A stretch of DNA of 51,608 nt, from assembly GCA_019113725.1 (NCBI GenBank), contig DXGY01000179.1:1-51608 (forward strand), in the 5' to 3' direction. The DNA is from Candidatus Prevotella stercoripullorum. GTDB taxonomy: Bacteria > Bacteroidota > Bacteroidia > Bacteroidales > Bacteroidaceae. Positions 37,016 to 46,837 of this stretch are shown in pieces. How positions within the stretch are numbered: the first letter of the stretch is position 1; every line of letters begins with the position of its first letter. Made by a program: the position numbers and the translations under genes. A model generated the notes under the pieces. The model ran no database searches, was not told where the DNA came from, and saw only the letters and a program-made list of their open reading frames with translations.

Positions 37016-38104
37016 ATGAACAAAAGGATAAAGACGGTATGGGCGTTGAGCATCGCCACGATGGTGCTTATCATCTGCGGACAGGCTTACTGGCTGCTCA
37101 ACCAGTACAGGCTGGTAACCGACATGCGCGTGGAACAGCTGAAAACGGCGTGCACGGAGGCCATCGAGAAAGAACAGCAATGGCGCTACGACACGACTGA
37201 AGGCGGCGACACAATAGAAAACGAGATAAAAAAGACTTACACAATAGACTTCCGCAGCAAGAAGACAAGCGACAAATCCGACAGCAATTATGTAAAATCC
37301 TGCGTAACGTTCATCCTGCCCGGCGACAAGAAAAGAAGGATTTTGAAGGACATGAGCGTGAACGACGCAATGGACTTGCAGAACAGATACGTAGCGTCGA
37401 ACAACCGCAAGTTCGACAAACATCATTTTGACTCGCTGCTCACAGCCGCCGGACACGACACCACGCAGGCCATGACGTTCTACAAGACCAACCGTTGCAT
37501 GGTGAAACCGGTGTTCACCGTGAGCGGCACTTTCAGCAAACGGCTCAACGTAAGATACTCAACCAACCCATTGGACTTCGAGGCCGTGGCGTTCAGCATA
37601 GCCGTAAAGCCGGGCGAAACAATAATGGCGATGGGCTGGCAACTCGTCGGCAGCACCGTGCTTGTACTCGTGCTGGCCTTCTGCTTGGCGTACCAGATGA
37701 AGACAATAATCATACAGAAGCGCATCGACGGCATCCGCCACGAGTTCATGAAGAACATACTGTATGAGATGAAACAGCCTCCTGCGGTAGAACCGGCGGC
37801 AAGCGAGGCGGTAAACATCGGTGAAACCGCGTTTTTCTACTCGCTTAACGAACTGCGGCATGGCGCGGAGAAGGTTATAATAACCAGCCGCCAGGCGGAA
37901 ATATTGCGGCTCTTGGCCGGACAGAAGAACGAGGTTGTAAGCCGCGAAGAGCTGCTAACAGAGGTCTGGGGCGACGACTCCTACGCCAACTCGATGGCCT
38001 TGAACGTACAAATAACTTACCTGCGGCGCGCCCTGCGGTCAGACCCTACGGTAAGCATAGAGGCCGTAATAAAGAAGGGATATATATTAAAGGTGAGAAA
38101 GTGA
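37016..38104 (+). CDS. Membrane-anchored transcriptional regulator: 2 TM plus periplasmic sensor, degenerate H-box helix and OmpR/PhoB winged-helix domain
   Basis: N-terminal TM (..GQAYW), second TM, QKRIDGIRHEFMKNILYEMKQP, then ITSRQAEILRLL...VSREELLTEVWGDD...LNVQITYLRRAL..DP...KKGYIL. Start chosen at MNKRIK. Confidence 0.85.
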   Translation: MNKRIKTVWALSIATMVLIICGQAYWLLNQYRLVTDMRVEQLKTACTEAIEKEQQWRYDTTEGGDTIENEIKKTYTIDFRSKKTSDKSDSNYVKSCVTFILPGDKKRRILKDMSVNDAMDLQNRYVASNNRKFDKHHFDSLLTAAGHDTTQAMTFYKTNRCMVKPVFTVSGTFSKRLNVRYSTNPLDFEAVAFSIAVKPGETIMAMGWQLVGSTVLVLVLAFCLAYQMKTIIIQKRIDGIRHEFMKNILYEMKQPPAVEPAASEAVNIGETAFFYSLNELRHGAEKVIITSRQAEILRLLAGQKNEVVSREELLTEVWGDDSYANSMALNVQITYLRRALRSDPTVSIEAVIKKGYILKVRK

Positions 38105-38173
38105 GAGGGTGAGAAGGTGAGAAAAGTCTGTTTGTGTGTGTTCTCACCTTCTCACCCTCTCACTTTCTCACCT
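38090..38173. terminator. Inverted GTGAGA 8-bp array pair; probable bidirectional terminator
   Basis: aaggtgagaaagtgagagggtgagaaggtgagaa and ttctcaccttctcaccctctcactttctcacctt form a perfect inverted repeat between convergent genes, supplying the regulator stop codon. Confidence 0.7.
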
Positions 38174-39166
38174 TTATTCCTTTTCCCTATAAATCACCGC
38201 ATTGGCGCCGGAGGTGATTTTCAACGCTTCGGGATGCTCCTTGATGAATGAGTCGATGTGGCGTATGCGCTTCTCTTCAAGTATTTCATCGACGGCGATT
38301 AGTATGCCCGTCTCCTCCACATCGCCGAAACCGTAGTTGATGGCGGTGCCAAACATCTTCATCGTAGGACTTAACCCCATGTACGCATTGACGAGAGGCG
38401 GAATGTTGTAGCCCAGCTTGCGCACCTCGCGGTTAAGTATTCGGTAATCTTCCTTGAACGTATTTTCACTGAAAAGGGCGGCCAGTTCGGCCTCGTCAGT
38501 CTCTATTTTGAGCGGTTTCATCGGTATGACAAGGTGCTCGGGGTCGTCAAAATGCTTTTTGAGGAAGTACAAAATCATGTCCCTGCCCTTGCGTACGTAA
38601 GAGGGGTACATCGTCATCTTGCCGAAGAGATACTTTATGTCGGGGCGTATTACGGTGAGCGCTCCGAGGCCGTCCCACAGGTTGTCGAGGGCGAAGAGGC
38701 TCTTTGCGCCCATCTTGGAGCTTTGGTATGCCGGGGCGACAAACGAGCGTCCGAGCTCTACGGTCCAAGGAAGAAACTCGCGCATGAACTTGTCCGAGAA
38801 GTGGAACATATGGCTCGTGGCGAGCACGGGCTGGCCGTTGTTGTCGATGTCGGCCTCGCTTCCCAAGAGATAACGGTACCCGCCGATGATTTCCTCCTCC
38901 TCGGGGTTCCATACGATGAGCTGCTTGTAGCAGTTGTCGCACGTGTCGAACTCGTCTATGTCCATGCTCTTGCCGCTGCCTCCGCCGGCCTCGCGGAAGG
39001 CTATTTCGCGCAGACGGCCTATCTCCTTCATCACGTTGGGGGCGTTGTGGGCCGTCACTATGTAGATTTCGTTGTGGCTCTTGTTGGTCATGCGGAGCTG
39101 GCGGTCGGGCGTAAGCTCGCTTTTAAGCAGCTGCTTGTCTATCGGACGGATAATCTCTTGTTCCAT
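38174..39166 (-). CDS. glsB: GNAT (OlsB-like) N-acyltransferase, probable glycine-lipid N-acyltransferase
   Basis: EIGRLREIAFR..GGG.G...DIDEFD, IIGGYR, ELGRSFV and IPPLVNAY; paired with an acyltransferase divergent from mraZ as in Bacteroides. Start chosen at MEQEII. Confidence 0.75.
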   Translation of the reverse strand: MEQEIIRPIDKQLLKSELTPDRQLRMTNKSHNEIYIVTAHNAPNVMKEIGRLREIAFREAGGGSGKSMDIDEFDTCDNCYKQLIVWNPEEEEIIGGYRYLLGSEADIDNNGQPVLATSHMFHFSDKFMREFLPWTVELGRSFVAPAYQSSKMGAKSLFALDNLWDGLGALTVIRPDIKYLFGKMTMYPSYVRKGRDMILYFLKKHFDDPEHLVIPMKPLKIETDEAELAALFSENTFKEDYRILNREVRKLGYNIPPLVNAYMGLSPTMKMFGTAINYGFGDVEETGILIAVDEILEEKRIRHIDSFIKEHPEALKITSGANAVIYREKE

Positions 39167-39224
39167 TTTGTCTAAGGATTGATGCTTGTTGTCGATATGG
39201 ATTGTATTGTGGTAACGAGCCTTG

Positions 39225-40052
39225 TCACAGTTTATATACAATGTCCTGCACGTATTGCGCCCACTGGGCGGGCGTCCTCGACTTGTCGAAGGTCTGCCAC
39301 GGGATAGGCTTGCCTATGGCAACGCGGAACGTCTTGTCGCGGTTCTTGTACATCTCGTCTGCCAGGTAGAGCATGGCAATGTTGAACTTGATGCCGAGAC
39401 GCTTGCATATGTTGGCAAGGTTGTAGAAGAAGTCGGAGTTGCGTCCGCCGAAATGCACGGGCACTACGTCCCTCTTTGTCTCGACGCTCTTGGTTATGAA
39501 GGTCTTGCGCCACGGCAGGTCGTGTATCTTACCGTCGATGCGGCGCGAGCAGATGCCGGCCGGGAACATTATTACATGGTTGTCGCCGTGGAAGCAGGCC
39601 TCTACCATGGCCGGGAAGTTGCGGCTCTGGTGGCCGGTCTTGTTTATGGGAACGCAGAGCGGAGCAAGGCCGGGAAGGTTCATCAGGAGGTCGTTCACGA
39701 GGTAGCGGAAGCGTCCGCCGTAGTGCCGTCCGAGCAGAGCGCCGAGGGCTACGCCGTCCTGTCCGCCGAGCGGATGGTTGCTTACGAAGGTGTACAGGCG
39801 GCCGTCGCCGTCGGCCGGCATGTTCTCTTCGCCCACGATGTCGAGCGTCATGCCGAGGTACTTGACGCAAGACTCAAGCCAAGGCACGCCCGTAAGGTGG
39901 CGGTTCTGCCAAAGAAAGTCGTTCACCTCGTCCTGATGGAGTATGCGTTCGAGCCATTTCACGGCGAACGCCGGCACATACTTGGCCTTTGCTCCCATCT
40001 TGCCATTGAGTATCTCGCGCACGTCAATGGTCTTTTCGGTTATCACATTCAT
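39225..40052 (-). CDS. glsA: PlsC-family O-acyltransferase, probable glycine-lipid acyltransferase
   Basis: NHPLGGQDG (HxxxxD) and FPAG motifs; immediately upstream of the GNAT gene. Start chosen at MNVITE. Confidence 0.72.
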   Translation of the reverse strand: MNVITEKTIDVREILNGKMGAKAKYVPAFAVKWLERILHQDEVNDFLWQNRHLTGVPWLESCVKYLGMTLDIVGEENMPADGDGRLYTFVSNHPLGGQDGVALGALLGRHYGGRFRYLVNDLLMNLPGLAPLCVPINKTGHQSRNFPAMVEACFHGDNHVIMFPAGICSRRIDGKIHDLPWRKTFITKSVETKRDVVPVHFGGRNSDFFYNLANICKRLGIKFNIAMLYLADEMYKNRDKTFRVAIGKPIPWQTFDKSRTPAQWAQYVQDIVYKL

Positions 40053-40364
40053 GCTCTCTCTACTAACACAATGCAAAAATAACGCAACTTTTCCAAAATA
40101 AGACACATTTTATTAAAAAATATCTGAAATAACATTGTTTTGCAACAAAACAGCAACAACCGGCCGACGGAAAGTAAACTTTGCGGCCGCATGGCGCGCC
40201 CTGCAACGAGCATCGCGGCGCACCTGACTGCATATTCATGCACAACGGATGAATAAACATGCACAGCTGGAAGTAAAAAAACGTGACAAAAGAAATCGGC
40301 GAAATAGAAAACGGAAGTCGGGAAACGGCCGATGAAATGGCCGATTTTGGCCGTCTTGACGATT

Positions 40365-40551
40365 AAAAACGGCCTTTGATGTTGCGAAAGGCGGCCTTTC
40401 GGCTTGCAAAAGACCGTCTTTCGCACGGCTGTTTGCGGCCTTTCGGCGGATGAAACACCGCCTTTCAGGCGGCATTTTGCGGCTTTTCACGGGCGAAAAG
40501 ACGCTTCTTAAAACTCAATAAAACCGTAAACCACTGTATATCAAGCCGTTA
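40365..40551. repeat. Family A composite repeat (long, degenerate)
   Basis: AAAG..CTTT units followed by head TAAACCACTGTATATCAAGCCGTTA (40527-40551). Confidence 0.75.
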
Positions 40552-40762
40552 TACAAACAGCAAGAAAACGGCACAATCTGCGCCGAAGCACGCTTCCGCT
40601 CGCGGCAACGGCCTTCTCAGCGCGTCAAACGGATTGGCAAACGCCTGCCACGAAAGCACAAAACTGAATAAAAATTCATTTTTACTTACCCCGCCTCTAC
40701 TTACTCCTTGCTTCCCCTCTCCTTACTCCTTTTCTCCTTATAAAATAAAAATCAGCACTTTT

Positions 40763-40805
40763 GTGGGGAAAAGTGGCGCGTTGTGGGGAAAAATACTTAT
40801 CTTTG
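40763..40805 (+). promoter_or_regulatory. dcw promoter with MraZ-binding repeats
   Basis: GTGG(G) at 40763, 40773 and 40783 (10-bp period), then -7 TATCTTTG at 40798-40805. Confidence 0.85.
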
Positions 40806-40831
40806 CCGGGTGAACATACGACGTGGCAAAA

Positions 40832-41326
40832 ATGCGTTTTCTCGGCAACATAGAAGCTAAAATCGACTCCAAGGGGCGCGTGTTCCTCCCTGCGGCGTTC
40901 CGCAAGGAGCTGCAATGCGGCGGCGAGGCAAGCCTCATCGTGCGCAAGGACGTGTTCCAGCCGTGCCTGGTGCTCTATCCCGAAAGCGTATGGAACAGCC
41001 TGATGGACACGCTGCGCTCGCGCCTCAACCGGTGGGACCCTACCCACCAGAGCGTGCTGCGCCAGTTCGTTGCCGACGCGGAGGCCGTCACGCTCGACGC
41101 CAACGGCCGCTTCATCCTAAGCCGCAGGCACATCAAGATGGCCGGGGCGGCGCAGGCGGTAAGGTTCATCGGCATGGACGACGTAATCGAAATATGGGGC
41201 GCGGAGCAGGCCAAAAAGCCTTTCATGAGCCACGACGAGTTCGGCAAAGCCATCGAAAGCATAATGAAACACAGCGCGGACACGACGCAGCCCAACCGCT
41301 CCGACGCCGCGCACAACGACCAATGA
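40832..41326 (+). CDS. mraZ: Division/cell-wall cluster transcriptional repressor MraZ
   Basis: MRFLG..EAKIDSKGRVFLPAAFR, LDANGR and IEIW. An alternative GTG start exists at 40823. Confidence 0.93.
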   Translation: MRFLGNIEAKIDSKGRVFLPAAFRKELQCGGEASLIVRKDVFQPCLVLYPESVWNSLMDTLRSRLNRWDPTHQSVLRQFVADAEAVTLDANGRFILSRRHIKMAGAAQAVRFIGMDDVIEIWGAEQAKKPFMSHDEFGKAIESIMKHSADTTQPNRSDAAHNDQ

Positions 41327-41333
41327 CACCACA

Positions 41334-42254
41334 ATGCCAACCACAGCAGAGACATACCACGTGCCCGTGCTCCTGAAAGAGAGCGTTGACGGCCTCGGCA
41401 TACGCCCCGGTGGAGTGTACGTAGACGTGACCTTCGGCGGCGGCGGACACAGCCGCGAAATCCTAAAAAGGCTCGGCGCGGAAGGCCGCCTGTTCGGCTT
41501 CGACCAGGACGCCGACGCCGAGGCGAACGTTCCCGGGGACCCGCGCTTCACGTTCGTGAGGAGCAACTTCAGGTACCTAAGCAACTGGATGCGCTACTAC
41601 GGCGTGGAACACATCGACGGACTCATTGCCGACCTCGGCGTGTCAAGCCACCACTTCGACGACGCCGAGCGCGGTTTCTCCTTCCGCTTCGACGCTCCGC
41701 TGGACATGCGCATGAACAAACGCGACGGCGAGACGGCAGCCGACGTGGTGAACAAATACACGGAAGAGCAGCTGGCGACCATCTTCTACCTCTTCGGCGA
41801 GTTGAAAAGCTCGCGCCGCTTGGCGTCGGCCATAGCCAAGGCAAGGAGCGCAAAGGCCATAACAACGACGCAAGAGCTGGTCGAGGCGACATCATCCGTA
41901 TTCAAACGGGAGCGCGAGAAGAAGGACATTGCCAAGATGTTCCAGGCACTGCGCATACACGTCAACAACGAACTGGGCGCACTCTCCGACATGCTCAACG
42001 CCACAACACAGCTAATCAGGCCGGGCGGCAGGCTCTCTGTGATAACATACCACAGCCTCGAAGACCGCATAGTAAAGAACTTCGTACGCACCGGCGACAC
42101 CGCAGGCATGGCCGAGCTGGACTTCTTCGGGCGCACGGCGACACCCTTCAAGGCCGTCAACAACAAGGTCATAACGCCCGGCGATGACGAGATAGACTGC
42201 AACCCGAGAAGCCGCAGCGCAAAACTGAGGGTGGCGGAAAGGACCAACAACTGA
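41334..42254 (+). CDS. rsmH: 16S rRNA m4C1402 methyltransferase
   Basis: HVPVLL, DVTFGGGGHS, DLGVSSH, PLDMRM, YHSLEDR and NPRSRSAKLR. Confidence 0.98.
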   Translation: MPTTAETYHVPVLLKESVDGLGIRPGGVYVDVTFGGGGHSREILKRLGAEGRLFGFDQDADAEANVPGDPRFTFVRSNFRYLSNWMRYYGVEHIDGLIADLGVSSHHFDDAERGFSFRFDAPLDMRMNKRDGETAADVVNKYTEEQLATIFYLFGELKSSRRLASAIAKARSAKAITTTQELVEATSSVFKREREKKDIAKMFQALRIHVNNELGALSDMLNATTQLIRPGGRLSVITYHSLEDRIVKNFVRTGDTAGMAELDFFGRTATPFKAVNNKVITPGDDEIDCNPRSRSAKLRVAERTNN

Positions 42255-42257
42255 CAA

Positions 42258-42716
42258 ATGGACGACAAGGAAGACATAAAACAACAACAGCAGCAAACCC
42301 CGGAAACCGCCGGGGAAGAGCAAAAAAAACCGATGCAGCTGACCCAGGCCATAAGGGAACAGGCCCGGGAAGAGGATGCGCTGCCATCAGCCAGCTACAC
42401 CCTGCGCAAGATTTTGGGCGGCGACTTCCTCACGGCAGACTTCATGAGGAAGCAGATAGGCGTCATCATACTCGTCGCCTTCATGACAATGATATACGTG
42501 TCCAACAGGTACAGCTGCCAACAGGACATGATAGAGATAAACGAATTGCAAAAAGAGCTGAAGGACGCAAAGTACAAGGCACTGGCAAGTTCGAGCCAGC
42601 TCACCGAGATTTGCCGCGAGAGCAACGTCCTTGACATGCTCAGGAACAACAAGGACAGCGTGCTGCACATACCCAACCAGCCGCCTTACATCATAACAGT
42701 GCCGGAAAATGAGTAG
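42258..42716 (+). CDS. ftsL: FtsL-like cell division protein
   Basis: Single TM plus coiled coil, located between rsmH and the PBP gene. Confidence 0.8.
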   Translation: MDDKEDIKQQQQQTPETAGEEQKKPMQLTQAIREQAREEDALPSASYTLRKILGGDFLTADFMRKQIGVIILVAFMTMIYVSNRYSCQQDMIEINELQKELKDAKYKALASSSQLTEICRESNVLDMLRNNKDSVLHIPNQPPYIITVPENE

Positions 42717-44871
42717 CATGTTCGACAGGAAAAAGGTTATCAAGCGGTACAAGGTAGTGGCCTACGCCATGCTGGCCTTCGCGCTGTTGGTGCTCATAAA
42801 GGTAGTCTACATATCCACCGTGGAGCGCGAATACTGGCTCGAAGTGGCCTCAAGACTCACCCGCGACAGCGTAGACGTAAAGCCCGTGCGCGGCAACATA
42901 CTAAGCTGCGACGGACGGCTCATGGCCAGTTCGCTGCCCGAATTCCGCATGTTCATGGACTTCAAGGCCGGAGGCGACGAGAACGAGCAGCGCGACTCGC
43001 TCTGGGAAGCCAAGGTTGACAGCATATGCAACGGCCTGCACGAAATCTTCCCGACCAAAACGGCGGCGGAGTTCAAGACCCATCTTGAGGAAGGACGCGC
43101 CAAGGGCAGCCGCCACTGGCCGGTATGGCGCAAGCGTGTGAGCTACAACACGTTCTCCGAAGTGAAGAAATTGCCAATATTCCGCCTGTCGGCCAACAAG
43201 GGAGGCTTCCACTACGAGAAGTTCAACGCACGCCAACGCCCCTTCGGTTCGTTGGCAAAGCGCACCATAGGCGACCTGTACGGAGCGAAGGACACGGCGC
43301 AGTTCGGCCTCGAACTGTCGTACGACTCAATCCTAAGGGGCAAGATGGGCAAGATAAGCCGCCAGAAAGTGCGCAGCGAATTCCTTGACATCACCATACA
43401 AGACCCCGTCAACGGAGCCGACATCGTAACCACAATCGACGTCAACATACAAGACCTTGCCGAGCGTTCGCTCGTTGACGAACTGAAACTTATCAACGGG
43501 AACGTGGGTGTCGCGGTAGTGATGGAGGTGAAGACGGGCGACATCAAGGCCATAGTGAACATGACGAAATGCGCCGACGGGGAGTATTATGAAATCAAGA
43601 ACAGCGCCGTTTCCGACCTGCTCGAGCCCGGCTCGGTGTTCAAGACGGCATCGCTCATGGTGGCACTGGACGACGGAGTGGTAGACACCACGTACACAGT
43701 AGACACCGGGAGCGGAATATGGGACATGTACGGAGCCAAGATGCGCGACCACAACTGGCACCGCGGAGGCTACCAGGTGCTCACTCTGCCGCAGACGCTG
43801 GAATACAGCTCGAACATCGGAGTAAGCCGCATAATCGACAAATACTACGGAAAGAACCCCGAAAAGTTTGTCCAAGGACTTGACCGCATCGGCATTCGAG
43901 AGGACCTGAAGCTGCCCATCGTGGGCTACGCGCCGCCCCGCATCCGTATGCCTAAGAAGAACAAGCGCGGCCAGTACACCAATTGGAGCAAGACGGCGTT
44001 GCCCTGGATGAGCATAGGCTACGAGACACAGGTGCCCCCAATATCGACACTTACGTTCTATAACGCCATCGCCAACGGCGGCACAATGATGCGTCCGCGC
44101 TTCGTCAAGGCAGTGATGAAGGACGGACAGGTAATCCAAGAATTCCCGCCGCAGGTGGTAAAGCAGAGCATCTGCAAGGAAAAGACACTGCGCGAAATAA
44201 CCACCATACTTGAACATGTTGTCAGCCAGGGCCTCGGAAAGAAGGCAGGATCGACTTCGTTCAAGGTCGCAGGCAAGACGGGAACAGCCCAGATATCGAA
44301 GGGCGCGGCAGGTTACAAGAGCGGAACGATGAACTATCTGCTCAGCTTCGTTGGCTTCTTCCCGGCCGACGCGCCGCGATACAGCTGCATAGTGTGCATA
44401 CAAAGGCCGGGACTACCGGCTTCGAGCGGCTTCAGCGCGCTGGTATTCCACAACATTGCGGAAGGAATCATGGCGCAAAGCCTCAAGCTTGACGTGGCCG
44501 ACGCACGCGACTCGCTGTCCGTACTGGTGCCCGACGTGAAGAACGGAGACCTCGCCGCCGCCGACTACGTATTAAGATACCTCGGCGTGAACGCCAGGAA
44601 GACGTGGGACTGGCAGCATGTGGGCGGCAAATCAATATGGGGCAAGGCCGAGAACGACGGCAAGGCGGTAACCCTGACGCGCGGAGCAAGCTATGCGGAG
44701 GGCACCGTGCCCGACGTGACCGGCATGGGAGCGCGCGATGCCGTGTACGTCCTCGAGAGCCGCGGAGTGAAAGTAAGGATATACGGTCGAGGCAAGGTGA
44801 AGACGCAGAGCCTGCCGCCGGGACACAAGATAAGGAAGGGCGAGGCTTGCACACTCAACCTGGAACTATAA
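42709..44871 (+). CDS. ftsI: Class B penicillin-binding protein (FtsI) with PASTA domain
   Basis: RGNI, EPGSVFK (SxxK), SSN, KTGTAQ and a C-terminal VPDVTGM. Confidence 0.93.
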   Translation: MSSMFDRKKVIKRYKVVAYAMLAFALLVLIKVVYISTVEREYWLEVASRLTRDSVDVKPVRGNILSCDGRLMASSLPEFRMFMDFKAGGDENEQRDSLWEAKVDSICNGLHEIFPTKTAAEFKTHLEEGRAKGSRHWPVWRKRVSYNTFSEVKKLPIFRLSANKGGFHYEKFNARQRPFGSLAKRTIGDLYGAKDTAQFGLELSYDSILRGKMGKISRQKVRSEFLDITIQDPVNGADIVTTIDVNIQDLAERSLVDELKLINGNVGVAVVMEVKTGDIKAIVNMTKCADGEYYEIKNSAVSDLLEPGSVFKTASLMVALDDGVVDTTYTVDTGSGIWDMYGAKMRDHNWHRGGYQVLTLPQTLEYSSNIGVSRIIDKYYGKNPEKFVQGLDRIGIREDLKLPIVGYAPPRIRMPKKNKRGQYTNWSKTALPWMSIGYETQVPPISTLTFYNAIANGGTMMRPRFVKAVMKDGQVIQEFPPQVVKQSICKEKTLREITTILEHVVSQGLGKKAGSTSFKVAGKTGTAQISKGAAGYKSGTMNYLLSFVGFFPADAPRYSCIVCIQRPGLPASSGFSALVFHNIAEGIMAQSLKLDVADARDSLSVLVPDVKNGDLAAADYVLRYLGVNARKTWDWQHVGGKSIWGKAENDGKAVTLTRGASYAEGTVPDVTGMGARDAVYVLESRGVKVRIYGRGKVKTQSLPPGHKIRKGEACTLNLEL

Positions 44872-44883
44872 AACGATACAAGC

Positions 44884-46338
44884 ATGACACTGAAAGAGCT
44901 GATTAAGAACATCCGCCCGACAGGCGTTACGGGCGGCACGGATGTGGAAATAACGGGCGTAGACATCGACTCGCGCCGCGTGGAACGCGGCCACCTGTTC
45001 GTGGCGATGCGCGGAACACAGGTGGACGGACACGCGTTCATACCAAAGGCCGTAGCCCAGGGGGCGGCCGCCATACTGTGCGAGGACATGCCGGAGGAGG
45101 CGGCCGAGGGCGTGACTTACGTGCAGGTGGCATCGACGGAAGACGCCGTGGGCGAAGTGGCGACGGCGTTCTACGGCGACCCTTCGCGCAAACTGAAGCT
45201 CGTAGGCGTGACGGGGACGAACGGGAAGACCACCATCGCCACCTTATTATATAATATGTTCCGCAAGCTGGGCTACCGCTGCGGACTGCTGTCTACCGTG
45301 TGCAACTACATCGAGGACGAGCAGTTGCCCACAACGCACACCACCCCCGACCCCATAGAGCTTAACCAGCTGCTCGGCCGCATGGTGGAAGCCGGGTGCC
45401 AGTACGCCTTCATGGAGTGCAGCTCGCACGCCATAGCGCAGAAGCGAATAGGCGGACTGAAGTTCGCCGGAGGCATATTCACCAACCTTACGCGCGACCA
45501 CCTGGACTACCACAAGACGTTCGAAAACTACCGCAACGCCAAAAAGGCCTTCTTCGACGGCCTGCCAAAAGGCTCTTTCGCAATAACAAACGCCGACGAC
45601 AAGAACGGCCTCGTGATGGTGCAGAACACCAAGGCGACAGTCAAGACATACTCGACGCAGCGCATGGCCGACTTCCGCGCCAAGATATTGGAGTGCCACT
45701 TCGGCGGCATGTACCTCGAGATTGACGGCCGCGAGGTGGGCGTACAGTTCATCGGCAAGTTCAACGTGAGCAACCTGCTGGCCGTATACGGCGCGGCGGT
45801 GATGCTCGGGCAGAGCAAGGAAGACGTGCTCGTGGCCATGAGCACGCTGCACAGCGTGAGCGGAAGGCTCGACCCCGTGCACTCGCCCGAGGGCTACACG
45901 GCCATCGTAGACTACGCCCATACGCCCGACGCGCTGGAAAACGTGCTCAAGGCAATACACGAAGTGCTGGGCGGCAAGGGCAGGGTGATAACCGTATGCG
46001 GTGCCGGCGGCAACCGTGACAAGGGCAAACGCCCCCTGATGGCGCAGGAAGCCGTGAAGCAGAGCGACCGCGTAATCATCACGAGCGACAACCCTCGCTT
46101 CGAAGAGCCGCAGGCTATCATCGACGACATGCTGGCCGGGCTCGACGCGAAACAGATGAAAAAGGTTATCAGTATCGTTGACCGCCGCGAGGCCATACGC
46201 GCCGCCTGCATGATGGCGGAGAAAGGCGACGTAATCCTCGTGGCCGGAAAGGGGCACGAGAACTACCAGGAAATCAAGGGCGTGAAGCACCACTTCGACG
46301 ACAAGGAGGTGCTCAAGGAGATATTTGCGGAGCAGTAA
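44884..46338 (+). CDS. murE: UDP-MurNAc-Ala-Glu--meso-diaminopimelate ligase
   Basis: [32 protein letters not shown] (DAP specificity) and AGKGHE. Confidence 0.98.
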   Translation: MTLKELIKNIRPTGVTGGTDVEITGVDIDSRRVERGHLFVAMRGTQVDGHAFIPKAVAQGAAAILCEDMPEEAAEGVTYVQVASTEDAVGEVATAFYGDPSRKLKLVGVTGTNGKTTIATLLYNMFRKLGYRCGLLSTVCNYIEDEQLPTTHTTPDPIELNQLLGRMVEAGCQYAFMECSSHAIAQKRIGGLKFAGGIFTNLTRDHLDYHKTFENYRNAKKAFFDGLPKGSFAITNADDKNGLVMVQNTKATVKTYSTQRMADFRAKILECHFGGMYLEIDGREVGVQFIGKFNVSNLLAVYGAAVMLGQSKEDVLVAMSTLHSVSGRLDPVHSPEGYTAIVDYAHTPDALENVLKAIHEVLGGKGRVITVCGAGGNRDKGKRPLMAQEAVKQSDRVIITSDNPRFEEPQAIIDDMLAGLDAKQMKKVISIVDRREAIRAACMMAEKGDVILVAGKGHENYQEIKGVKHHFDDKEVLKEIFAEQ

Positions 46339-46351
46339 CCAGACGGCAAAC

Positions 46352-46830
46352 AGCCCCCTCCCATCCTCCCCGAGGGGAGGAGCGCGGACGGCTCTTGCGG
46401 CAATGGCGCATCAGGCTCATCGGGCTTATTTGGCCCATTGGGCTCATTGGGGCTTATAAGCCAAATATGCCTGATGAGCCAAATACGCCAAATAAAAACG
46501 GCAATGCAGGCCGCCCGGCAATCCGCTGATAATCAGCACCTTTGCAAAAGGCCGCAAACGAGGCTGCGAAAGGCCGTCTTTCAGCCTCCAAAAGGCCGCC
46601 TTTTACAAGGCGAAAGACCGCAAATTGGAAAATTAAAAATTAACAAGTAAAAATTAAACAACCAAGGAAGGCAAGGCAGCCGTCTGCAAATTGGGAAATT
46701 AAAAAGTAACAAGTAAAAATCAAGCAACGCCCGAGCGGCAAGGCATTCGTCCTTTAACTCCTTAGCGAGCATGGCGAGCGATAACTTCTATAACTTCTTT
46801 AACTTCTGAACATAACTTCTTTAACTTCTG
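46352..46830. repeat. Repeat stack between murE and mraY: Family H arm, 9-bp ATTGGGCT array, Family A head plus array, a duplicated AT-rich unit of about 40 bp and a TAACTTCT array
   Basis: agccccctcccatcctccccgaggggaggagc; catcgggcttatttggcccattgggctcatt; head CAATCCGCTGATAATCAGCACCTTT (46519); two near-identical gcaaattgg..aaattaaaaa.taacaagtaaaaat units; ataacttctataacttctttaacttctg. Confidence 0.8.
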
Positions 46831-46837
46831 AAAAGAC

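Noticed and set aside
37016-38104. Calling the fused regulator a pseudogene
   Set aside because: The frame is uninterrupted, the junction falls cleanly between domains, and a promoter and candidate operator are present. It remains a fallback only if homologues are absent.
40100-40760. Hidden gene or RNA in the long glsA-mraZ spacer
   Set aside because: Only repeat-derived ORFs, a Family A element and promoter motifs were recognised. No tRNA or known ncRNA pattern was seen by eye, though an Rfam search was not possible.
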